This document shows, piece by piece, positions 46,682 through 59,757 of a stretch of DNA of 64,000 nucleotides. The notes below the pieces were generated by a model, which worked only from the letters and a program-made list of their open reading frames with translations, had not been told where the DNA came from and ran no database searches. Made by a program: the position numbers and the translations under genes. This stretch comes from Veleropilina oligotropha (Eukaryota). Every line of letters begins with the position of its first letter. Position 1 is the first letter of the stretch. The stretch is from NCBI GenBank assembly GCA_048128005.1, contig JBEUKZ010000036.1, positions 434,001 through 498,000 of the forward strand. Reading direction: 5' to 3'.

Positions 46682-49600
46682 ACAGTAAACTTGGCCGAAC
46701 CATTTTGTTTTTGTTCGAATTTTTTTATTATTCTAATTTAAAATATCTAAGCTCTAGCATCAATATTAACCGAGTTGGCCATTTCCTGACCATTTTCTGG
46801 CAAACATGTCTTTTTCCTTAATTAGGTCATTTTCTGGAATGTAGGTCAACTGAGGTCAAAGGCCAAGGTCACATATGAAAGATCAACCATGACTTCCCAT
46901 AGTAATCATATGTCCATGGTGCATCCTTTTTTACATATTGCCACTTGAAACAAATGCTTTAATGGCCGCCGATGCACTTTTTGCTTTTCAAGTTTATCTG
47001 GCGAATATGGTAATGTCGACTACACACGTCAATAGGAGTTCACTTTTTCCACTATCAGCACACATATGCATTTTTCCTTAATTAGGTCATGCTATGCAAT
47101 GTAGGTCAACTGAGGTCAAAGGACAAGGTCACGTGAAAGATCAACCATGACTTCCCATAGGCTCCCCATAGTAACTACGTGTCCACGAGCATCCTTTTTT
47201 ATATATTGCCACTTGAAACAAATGCTTTAATGGCCGCCGAGGCACTTCCTGCTTTTCAATTTTATTTGGCAAATTTGGTAAATGTCGACTACACATGGCA
47301 ATAGGAGTTCACTTTATCCACTATAGGCACACATATGCATGTAGGTCATCTGAGGTCAAAGGTCATGGTGGCATTAAAAGCCCAACCATGACTTCCCATA
47401 GGCTCCCCAAGTGACCATGTGTCTACGTTGCATCATTTTCAAGATAGAGCCATTTTAAAAATAATTAAATTTTAAACGCCCGTCGCCATCTTGTTTTACG
47501 CCCGATCGAATTTTCGATCACAATATAACTTCATCATAAGACGTCCATCATATCTGGAAAGTCTTGCCTCGCTGTCATTGGCGGTTTTTGAGATTTTTTA
47601 AAATTTTAATATATTCAAGAAGGCAGCCAAACACTGTGGACTACAAAGTAAAATTATTGCACCTACCTGCTTTGCTCAGGGACCAACGTTATGTGAAAGT
47701 TTGAAACACCTGGTTATTGCCGTGTTTTAGTTACAGTTTGAAGGAAAAACGAACAATAATAATAATAATAATAAACCGTACAATTTCAATAAGACCATAA
47801 GGCTTGAAGACCTAACTTTATATATGCATCCATTATCCTAGTCGGTAACATGACCGTTTCGGTATTCATAGATTTGGGCTGGTAGTGGCAATGTGGCATT
47901 TGGAAATAATACCTAATAAATACCTTATGATATAATAACACATGAATTAAAACTACAGATGCATGTACAAGCTACATATATTAGAACAATGACCAACATT
48001 AACAGTCAATATGTTAAAGTATACGGTATACACACCAAAGTCAACCATTCCCGACAATATGTGAATGCAATAATATACAATGTTACAAATACAATTAATC
48101 TAATACAAAATAAAGCAGAATCTTACCTACAACTGAGTACTAACTTATTGATCCATAACCGAACTGTTCGACACACAAATTTATGCTCGAATCCAAAATC
48201 ACAAGTCACACTCCACAAATGCACGGATTAAGCAAGACTGTCCATTTTGTAATGATAAGTCTTTCGGGATTCGTCGGAAATCTCCGATAGCTAAATGGCA
48301 CACACAAAAACAATAAACAATATCGTAATATCGCGCTGAATATCCAATCCGCATGCTCCAGTGGACCATTACAAATATTTTACAACATTAAACAAGTCGC
48401 ATTAGATACATCTCAAATAATAAGGTGTTTACATATATTTTGATTGATTCGTAAAATGCTTCTAATTTTCATATTTCACACTTTTTTATATTTTTTTCTG
48501 GACATATTTATAATTTCATCTGAACTACATTTTGTATAACGAAATTACACAATTTATTACCCCCCTAACTTCCTAAATTTAAATCACTCTGGTGGCCATA
48601 TTGGACTTTGGACCGCCACGAAAGCAAACACCATGTCATGACCTTATTATCCAGATTTGGTTTTCAAAATTCCACCACTATCGAATTAGCGGATTTTGAG
48701 TAGTAGATTTAAATAGATTTGAACAATAATCAAAATGGCCGCCAAAATATTTGACCAATGAGATCTAGTTACACATCAACATTTGTCCCCCGCATGCCAC
48801 TATCATGCCTGAAAATTTGAAATGTGTGACCTGCGTACTTTTTTGTAATTACAATTTAACGGATTCTGAATAATAATAATAATAATAATTAAAGCTGCAA
48901 AGCCGCTGTACAGGGCTTCAAGCTGATTGTGCTCAATTCATTATTTTCGATATAAGATGTTTAAAGTGAAGTAAGAATGCAGAGCAAACGTAAGTTAACA
49001 TATACACTAATACCTCTGCGAAGTTTGAACAGTCTAGTCAAAGCAGAATAAGAGTTATGGCAAATTTAAAAAAAAAAATCGAAAATTTATAATTTTTACA
49101 ATTTTTTTAACTTTATAAATTTGAATTTAGAAAAAGAATTGTCCATAACATTTATTAGTTTATATACTCTGAATCGAATGCCGCAAATTTCAGGTTTGTA
49201 CGCCACGTAGGTCTCGAGTTTTGGCATTTTTAAGAAAAATGTGGTGGCCATTTTTTTTGTTTTTCGATTTTTTTTATTTTCCTAATTAAATGCTCTAACA
49301 CCCACCAAATTTAACAAAGATATGCCGAACGGTTTATGAGATACACTCTTCGGATAGATAACATAAACGAATATACAAGGGAAATAACTCTGTTAATAAT
49401 CGCTGCACAACATCAAAATTAATAAATAGCACTTGTTCACGAACTACGTAATACACCCAGCAAGTTTCGTAAAGCTATGTTGAGCTGTGTATGAGATATG
49501 CTCCGGAAAAGATAACATTAACGAATTTACAACAAGGGCAATAACTTTGTTAATATTCGTCGCACAACCTCGAAACTGGCAAAATGCACAAGTTCACCAA

Positions 49601-52600
49601 CTACGTAGTGTACCCAGCATGTTTTGTAAAGTTATATCGATTACAATACATACAGATGGACAGACATACAAACAGATGGACGGACGGACAGCCATACTAG
49701 ACAATGGAAAAATCCCCCCGATGGTAACCGGGGGATAAAAAGCTAGAGCTTATATAAGACATATGCTATAGCATGCAATTGTCTTAGTTACAGAATGTAA
49801 ATACACAAAAAACCATAACCTTCGGCACAGCGACGTCATGTTACATATATTACTTTCACAAGGCTTGATGCCATATAAGGTATATGGCAACTTTGAACTA
49901 CACAAGGTTTGGATCGATAAATTCGTTTTGTATATGATATATAACATTTGTTAAAGCGACTAAATGTAAATACGCAATAATGACATTGTTCTTTGGCTGT
50001 ATCTTTAAATTTTGTACAAGGCCTGATGGTGCACAAATATTTATAATAAATACAAATGGTGTAAGCCCAGTGGTTCAACCTCTTTGTAACACGGACCAGT
50101 CTTTCAAGAGGCATAATATAAATACACAAAATTTAACTTGGCCTTGACCTAATCATTGAATGAGGCAGGCGCTTGCGGCTTATAATATATGAGTAAAATG
50201 TTGTTACATGTGCTCAATTGCTGGAGAGACATTATATTTGGTAAGGTTCACATTGTATAAAAATACTATCAAGATATGAAACGACCGCCTGAGGGTGTGT
50301 CATGATGTGGTGCGATCTACCGCATATCCATGTATGGTTCCTATTACGTATGCCTTTTATGTCTGTCATTAGCGCCAAGTGAACGTTATATCATGCAATG
50401 CGTCGGAAAAACGTTATGTGGGACGATAGGATGTGGGTTCAAGCCTGCTTCGGCCTGGCGTATTCTAAGACTTAATATGAATAGATGCCATGGCATATCC
50501 TTAATGGATGTCGGTCAGATCGGAGTGAGACCTTAAACCGGGTGTCCCGACCACGTTTAGGCTGAAAAATTGCCAAATGGGTCGTAAAACAAAGTTCTCA
50601 ACTGAACTATATCAGGCAACATACATGGCAGACGTATTATGCAATTAATGCAAGAAAGTTTCACCAGTCACTTGCATTTCTTGCATATCTTGTTTACGGT
50701 AACGGCAGCAATACAGTGTCCACGTTACCAAATCTGCAAAGAATATGATATTTCTTCTCACCAAATCTCTAATGATTGGTGTATATATATTTCTTTTGTA
50801 ATTGACTTATTGTAGAAGTTCCCTGATAACGACTGCAGTTTATGTTCAAAATGTTAAAATAGAATATATTTAAACAATCAATAATGATTTACATTGTTTT
50901 GTGTGGTATTTATTTATGTGATTTACAGTTATTTGCACGTAATCAATTAACTCAGTGAGAGTCCGGTATATATGAAGCTTTTGAATCGTGGCTTTTATTT
51001 GGGCCTTGTATATAATATATTGCCTACGAATCCATATAATTGAAAATGACAAAGTGTTTGTCGTAAATGCTTATACATCGGCTTTACCATTTCATGGAGT
51101 TTCCATTTTTATTTGTCAACGACTGTAGTCTGCAGTTGAATGATTAATACGAAGATATGACTTAAAAGGCTGATTAATGTCTAGCGTATTTGGAGCAAAT
51201 AAAGAATTTATGATAGCCTGAATATTTGAAAATATACCCATCGTACCAGGTGCTGAAAATTTGCAACATGTCAACACAGGTTGCATTGCCTACAATATCG
51301 CCTCTGTCAAAGGGTCTGTTTGTGTATTTTATAATAAGTTTTTGTCACGTGTAATGACGATGGACAGCATGTATCCCTTTGGCCAAGGTAAAATTCATTA
51401 TTTGGAAAAAAAGACTATTTAAAGCAATTTATAATCTGGTTTGGCTATATATTTGTGACAAACAACGGTAAATCACCAGGTACAACTAAGTTGGTCGCAT
51501 TATGTGTCAAGTCGCTAGCACGAGTGCGAATTGTTCGTTGTTTACCGTTATTATGTCTCTATTCGAATTGGAAGTTTAGAATCAGAATTGGAATGATCTC
51601 ATATAATGACTTTGATATTGAGCATATATGCACTGCACATCACATTATCACTACGCTATAATTGTATTTATGGGAGCTCAAATTTGTGAATGTTCTTGGA
51701 AATTTGTAAACAATACCGATTGATTATGATCATTTTTGCTCTAGGCCTAGGCCTATATGCGAATTCATTACCCATGTTTCCGCATCTATTTCTTACAAAA
51801 CATATGAATGGCAAGATTATGATATGCAGACAATTGTATTTTATAGTATCCTTAATATACTTCAACTACATAAATAATATGCATAGTATAAATAATATCA
51901 TTATTATATGCCTATTTGCCAATGACAATTTGTCAAATCAATATCGTTTTTACGAGGCTTGGTTTTAACGCGCTGCCAAGATGGGTGCCTATTCTGACCT
52001 ACACACTGGTTCAATGAAATCAAATCAATGACAACATACAAATAAAAATCATAACTGCGTCACTAATAAGATTAACAGACATTGTCACAATGACCATATT
52101 ACAAGTTATGATAAACATAAAATATAAGCTGCAGATTGAACTTGGTAAATGTTGATTTGTTGAATTTTATAGTTGAAATGTATAATCTATGGTCAGGTTC
52201 GTTTTTGATAACTCTGATATGACTTGATGCATCACTGGATATAACTCGACCTGTACCAACATTAAATATATTATTACGACTATACAAGATTCAAACTACA
52301 TATCCAGCACAAGTAATTGCTATTTAGCTGTCGTTAGCAAACGTTCATTTCAACTGAAATCACCTGCACAAGGAGCACTAAAATTAATCTATACTAATGT
52401 TTTAATTATAATTAAATGTCCATTTGATAGATATCTAATTACTCTAAATGATGTAATTACTCTAAGTAACAATCTAATGCAGCGTGTCTGGACAGAACCA
52501 ATAAACTTGGCAAATGGAGATGAGTGCTGGATATTTAGTAAATCATTGCTCTAGCCATTTTCAATGATTTTGTTTTCCATGTTTGCAAACACAGTAGTTT

Positions 52601-54509
52601 ACATGCGTATCCATTTCCGTCCTGAAATGCGGCTTGCATGATAATAATCTCCAAGTGGCTATCTTAGTTAATAGTTTAGGTCGCAGGAACTACAAAACAT
52701 GTTTAAATAGAATACTTGAAAATAAAGTTAGTAGTCCAATTATATCATCGTCATTTTCGTCCTTGTCTCTGTCACTTTTGCTTGTGGTATTGACTTCCTG
52801 TTTACCAATATTTAAACATTATTTATGTTGAAGTTATAACTTGATATAGTTATGTCTTTTAATTTATATCACCAAGCCTTAGCATAGAAAGCACTCTATT
52901 AAATCATGACATAATATTAACGTTAGCGTTTCTAACATATATAGGCAATATAATAATTTGTGCATGCATGTAGAAGCGAATATAACTATTTTGCCAGCAT
53001 CACATGTAAAACACAGACCTGGTTACCCGAAGTTTTGCATAGCCAAATGGTCTCATGTTGACACAAGTAATATCATTAATTAGCTTTAATTACATGCTAA
53101 AGACACTGATATACAACAACCCCAGCAGACCTGATGATTGTTTACTTAAAGATTACTGGCCTGCTGGGTTTGGAGAGATGCTGTCATAAACCAGATAACA
53201 CTGATTAATTTGACTTGAGATGAAAATTTATTTTTTCTAAAACAAACTATTCACGCGATGCTCACGAAATTTAGCAAACGCTTACATGGTTATAAGATAC
53301 GAACTGTGTCAAAATTGTAATGCCATATTCGAACTAGAACCGGAGTTATCGAAGTTTAAAAATTAAAACTTTAATACCTATGATGGTGTAACAACAAGAT
53401 GAATCGACGATCTCTTTGCAGCAAACGTAAATGGCATATTCGCCAACCCCCTTGCGAAGTTTGATAATAACAGTTGAAGCGAAATAAAAGTTATAAACGA
53501 TATAAAAATAATGAAAATGTTAAAATTAAATTGATCATAACCGTTAATGCCTTTTTGCTAACAAGTTTTCGCTCGCAAAACAATATAGAGATTATAATGA
53601 TGTCAGCATATGCCGATTTTCACTTCGAACGGAGCAACAATAAACGAGAAAACTATGTTTGAATTATTTTAATTAATTCAAAATTTCCCCATTACCACGA
53701 GACGCACCAATGATCTATATGCAGCAAACATAACTTAAGATAAGCATCAACCCTCCCAGTCAACATTGAAACAAATAGATAAATTTCAATAAGATTTATA
53801 GCCGATATAAACAAATGTGAAAAGTTCAATTTTTGTAAAGATTGTAATAGCCGTAGCCATCTTATTTTAAGTCTGATGAAATTTTCCTGTGCAAATTTAT
53901 TTCTTCATATTGTCTATGTAATATATCTTGATCGGCGCCTCGATCTGTTAGGCGGTTTCGGAGAAGATTTTTAAAAAAGAAGTCAACTTTTATGGAAAAT
54001 ACAAGGTAGCATCCATACCGCAATTCCTAGAAAGTCAATTTTGCAGTTTCACACGAGTTCCCTATTATACCTGTCCACTTCTGAATTCTGAAATGGAACA
54101 CATTTGTAGTTTCAGAGATACGTAACGAACAAACAATCACAAAATAATAATAATTCCTTGAATTACAATAATTACAATAATAACTAGAACTGCAAGCAGT
54201 TATATGGCTTCCGTTGTAACCAAATTAATAAGAAACAGGTCATGGTCTTGTTTGAATTCCCCCTCGACTTTGGAAAAATGTATACATTATTTTGGCGCAT
54301 TTCTGATTATTTCATTTTCGACTATCTAGGTCATCCAAGGTCAAAGGTCAAGGTCACCTTAGAAAGCCTACTAAATGTCCATAGGCTATTGTTTACCAAT
54401 TATGCCATTTTTGGCATCTCATAAAACATACTAGTGGGTACAGCCATTTACAAACTGGGTGATTTTTCTCAAATCCCCATTATCTCGCTCCCCTTTACCC
54501 CCCACTCCC

Positions 54510-56800
54510 ACCAATAAATGCCCCTCTAAACTCCACACTAAACTCCCACTAAAAGATACATTAAACACCCCATTAAACGCCACGAAAAACTCCCACTAAA
54601 CGTCCATTAAACGCCACACTAAACGCACCACAAAACGCCCCATTAAACTCCCCATTAAACGCACCACTAAACGTCCACTAAACATCCAATAAACGTCACA
54701 CTAAATTCACCACTTAATGCCACACTAAATGGTCCAATTAACGCCACACTAAACTCCCCATTAAACGCCCCAGTAAGCTCCCCATTAAATGTCCCACTAA
54801 ACTTCACACAAACCGCCACTGTAAATGCCCCCAAAACTCCCCATTAAATGCCCCATTAAACATCCCACTAAATGCCCACTAAACTCCCACTAAACGCCCA
54901 CTAAGCGCCTCACTAAACGTCCACTAAATGCACACTAAACACCCCATTTAACGCCAACTAAACGCTCAATAATCGCCCCGTTAAACAACCACTAAATGCC
55001 TCTCTAAACGTTCACTAAACGCCCACTAAACGCCACACTAAACACCCAATAAACGTCCATTAAACTTCACACTAAACGCCACATTAAACACCCACTAAAC
55101 GCCCACTAAAAACCCACTAAATGCTCCACTAAACGTCCCATTAAACGTCACATGAAATGGCCCACTAAATGCGTTTACTGGGCGTTTAATGGGGCGTTTA
55201 CACTAAATGCCACACGAAACGCCACACGAAATGCCACACGAAATGCCACACGAAACGCCACACGAAACGCTTCACGAAACGCCCCTCGAAACGCCGCATG
55301 AAATGCCGCACTAACCTCTGCACTAAATTCCTCACTAAAAGTCTCATGAAACGCCGCATGAAGCGCTGCACGAAGCGCCAAACGAAACGCCGCACGAAAC
55401 GTCGCACTAAACGTCACACTAAATGTCGCATTAAACGTCGCACTAAACATCGCACTAAACGTCTTACTAAGCGTCGCACTAAATGTCACACTAAATGCCC
55501 CACTAAACGCGTTTACTGGGGCGTTTACACGGGTGCTTCCACTAAATGCCACATGAAACGCCACACGAAATGCTGATCGAAACACCGCACGAAACACCAC
55601 ACGAAACGCCGCACGAAACGTTGCACTAAACATCTCACTAAATGCCTCACTATATGCCGCACTAAATGCCACACGAAACGCCGCACGAAATGCCGCACTA
55701 AACGCCGCACAAAACGTCGCACTAAACGTCGCACTCAACGTTGCACAAAAAGTTGCACTAAACGTCACACTAACCATCGCACTAAACGTCGCACTAAACA
55801 TCGCACTAAACATCGCACTAAACATCGCACTAAACATCACACGAAACGTCACACAAAACGTCACACTAAATGCCCCAGTAAATGCCTCACTAAATGCCCA
55901 CAGTAAACGCCCCCACTAAATGCCTCACTAAACGACCCACTAAAGGCCCCAATTGACGCACCACTAATCGCCACATCAAACTGCCCATTAAACCCCCACA
56001 AATGCCCCATTAAATGCCTCATAAAACGCCACACTAAACACCCCAATAAACACCCCACAAAGCACCCACTAAATGCCTCACGTTGTCACACTAAACGTCG
56101 CACTAAACATCGCACTAAACATCGCAATAAACACCACATGATATGCCGCACGAAACGCCACATGAAACGCCGCTCGAAACGCCGCACGAAACTCTGCATT
56201 AAACTCCGCACTAAATGTCTCACGAAATGCTGCATGAAGCGCTGCACGAAGCACCAAATGAAATGCCACACGAAATGTTGCACTAAACGTTGCATTAAAC
56301 GTCACACTAAACGTCACACTAATCGTCGCACTAAACATCGCACTAAACATCGCACTAAACGTCGCACTAATGTCACATGAAACGTCACACTAAACACCCC
56401 ACTAAGCATCACACTAAACGTCACACTAAACGTCGCACTCAATGTCACACTAAACATTGCACTAAGCATCGTACTAAATGTTGCACTAACCGTCGCATGA
56501 AAAGTCACACGAAACGTCACACTAAATGCGCCAGTAAATGCCTCACAAAATGCCTCAATAAATGCAGACAGTAAACGCCCCACTAAACGCCTCACTAAGC
56601 GACCCACTAAATGCCCTACTAACGCCCCAACTGACGCCCCACTAATCGCCACATCAAACTTCCCATTAAATCCTCACTAAACGCCTCGTAAAACGCCACA
56701 CTAAACACCCCAATAAACTCCCCACAAAGCACCCACTAAATGCCTCCCTAAATGCCCCATTAAACACCCCATTAAATTCCCCACTAACCCCCCGCCCCCC
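54510..56800. repeat. Expanded 10-12 bp C/A-rich satellite (CACTAAACGCC / GCACGAAACGCC)
   Basis: Direct; explains the FSAT/VRRF-type ORFs. Confidence 0.95.
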
Positions 56801-57770
56801 GCTTAATCCCACCCCCTCACACATGCCTGCCCCCACACCATCATAGATGCATGCATAAGCTACATATATTAATATTAGAACAATGACAGACATTAACAGT
56901 CAATACGTTAATGTATATACGGTATATACATCAAAGACTACCATTCCAGACAATACATGAATGAAATAATCTACAATGTTACAAATACAATTAATCTAAT
57001 ATAAAATAAAGCAGAATCTCACCTGCAGCTTATTGACACTTATAACCGAACCGTTCGACACACAATTTTATGCTCGAATCCCAAATCGCAAGTCACACTA
57101 CAAACGCACTGATTAATCAAGGATATCGATTTCCTAATCATAAGCCTTTCGGGATTCGTCGGAAATCTCCGGTAGTTTGGTGAACACAAATACAATAAAT
57201 AATATTGTAGTATCGTGCAGAATATCCAATCACCATGCTCCAGTGGAACATTGCAATCATTTTACAACATTAAACACGTTGCATTTGATACGTCTCAAAT
57301 TATAAGGTATTACATATATATAGATATTATATGACAACGATATATTAGATATAATAACTTGAAAAATAAAAGAATTATAAAAACATTTTATATACTCTTA
57401 TAGGATTCGAACCCTCATCATCTGGTTTTGCTAGTTCATAAGCCGGGAACTATATCCATTCGGCCAGAGAACTGCGAGAATTTTTGTTGATTTATCGTAC
57501 TTACATCGAATTTCATACAATTGTGAAATTTGTCAATTTCAGCAAAACACGCTGAGGTCAACAAAACTTAACTCGCAATAAATCAATAATTACTGGATGG
57601 ATATGCATGAAATGTTCCGGAATGGTAGATTATAGTGTGGTCGTTTATCAGGGTAAATTATGTGATATCATTTTTTGCTGATATCATTATAATTTCACCA
57701 GAACTACATTTTGCATAACGAAATTACACAATTTATTTGGATTTGACCAAATTACAAAATAACCCCTACC

Positions 57771-58733
57771 TGTTACGCTACGAGCCGTTTGTAACTGCCA
57801 GTTAGGACTCCGATAACTGGCGGAATACCCATCACCGCATTACAGTATTAATGTGATAAATAGTTCTGTAATCTGCAGTGGCTTTCTACATGTCCGGTGA
57901 ACAACGGTGGAAGGTTAATGGTCTTCATTGTTCATGTCGTTTACGTAACACATGGCGTATAACAGTTCGCTGGTATTAAAGCCATTCCCAGCTAACTATG
58001 TACTCTGCTGATTCTCTGATAATGTCTCTGACTCCTCTCAGCCGACTCTGGTCATTCCAACATAAAGGACCGTTGTGTTATCCATGCCGGAATGCGATGG
58101 TATGAGATAACATCCCGGTGACATGACGCTATCCACTGGAGTCATTGAGTTTACATCTCGTTACAGGATAACAAAGTCAGAAGTAAATGACTAATCATTT
58201 ACATAATCGAAAACATGGTACAAATTACATCGGATACATTTTCTAACTACACAAAATGAGCCCCGCCCGGGCGTGCTTTCTAGCCTAGAGCTAGAATGGG
58301 ACTGGCATTCCAAAGCATGCACTAGGCTTTAAATCGCATATTCTCACATGGACCACACCCTCTTCTTAGCCAATCGACTAATGCGCCTTGGAATCACCCA
58401 CCTAACTTGAACTCACCTCCACGCTTAACTTGTCCAATGTTGCAACAGTAACGCATGCAAAAGGACTCTGAGTAAGCATCATTAATGTATTTCAATTATA
58501 TAAACATGTCCACCCATGCCATCCTTATGTGACGTCAATTCTCGTTAACTGGCTGCTAACTGTTATTGATAAGATAAACAAAATTACATTAGGTCACCAG
58601 GTCATAGCCAATCACTTTATGGCATGGGCTCTTAGTGCAATTAGTCATCAAGTACGTTTTCCACATTTATAACAATTCTAATTTACCATTCTTAAAGTAA
58701 ACTCGTTAAGTAATTAGACATCATATTGTAACA
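57771..58733 (-). mobile_element. Diverged solo LTR related to the 40906-45736 LTRs
   Basis: Reverse complement starts TGTTACAATATGATGTCTAA and shares GCACGCCCGGGCGGGGCTCATTTTG; TG...CA ends; flanks CTACC / CTAAC. Confidence 0.9.
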
Positions 58734-59757
58734 CTAACTTCCTAACTTTAAATCCCTCCGGCGGTCATCTTGTGCGCTGTACCGCCACGAAAACAATCAC
58801 CATGTCATGACCTTATAATGCAGATTTGGTTTTCAAAATTACACCAATATCGGATTAGCGGTTTTTGAGTAGTAAATTTGAATATCGTTTAAAGAATAAT
58901 CAAAATGGCTGCCGAAATATTAGACCAATGAGATTAATTTACACACCACCATTCGTCCCCCACATTTCACTATCATAACTGAAAATTTGAAATATATGCC
59001 ATTAGTAGGTTTCGAGTAATTGCAATTTAACAGAGTCTGAAGAATAATAATAATAACTAGAACTGCAAGCAGTTATGCGGCTTCCGTTGTTACCAAATTC
59101 ATAAGTAACAGGCCATGGTCACGTTTGAATGCCCCTTGACTTTGTGCAATTGTATACATCATTTTGGCGCATTTCTGTTTATCAGTCATTTTCGGCTATG
59201 TCATCTGAGTTCAAAGGTCAAGGTTATGTCCGAAAAGCGTCCCAATTTGTCCCAAATACATACATCTTATTTATACCTATTTTAATTAATTAAATCAATT
59301 TTGACCAGCTTTTCAAAAATTGTTTCATATTCGAATATCTAGGTCATGTGAGGTCAAAGATCAAGGTCAAATTTGGAAGCTGGTTCAATATGCCCCTAAT
59401 ATTCATATTCCATTATATACCAATTTTCGTTAATTATGCCATTTTCGGTTATCTAGGTCTTCCGAGGTCAAAGGTCAAGGTATAAATTATAAAACTTTCA
59501 TGGCTTCACACATGTTCCTACATTATTATTACGCATTTTTAGTAATTAGGTCATTTTCGGATATCTAGGTCATCCAAGGTCAAAGATCAAGGTAACCATA
59601 GAAAGACTACTTAATATGTCATATATGCCCATAGGCTATTTTTTGCCAATTTTCATTAATTATATCATTTTGGGGTATCTAGGTCACCTGAGGTCAAAGG
59701 TCAAGGTCTCATTATAACACTTCATAGCTTCACATATGTTCCTACATCATTAATACG

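Noticed and set aside
55175..56893. FSAT/VRRF repeat ORFs
   Set aside because: Translations of a 12-bp satellite
57398..57472. tRNA-like sequence on minus strand (TGGCCGAATGG ... GGTTCGAATCC); similar B-box-like bits at ~21718, 24406 and 50436
   Set aside because: No complete cloverleaf; at most decayed tRNA-derived SINE heads
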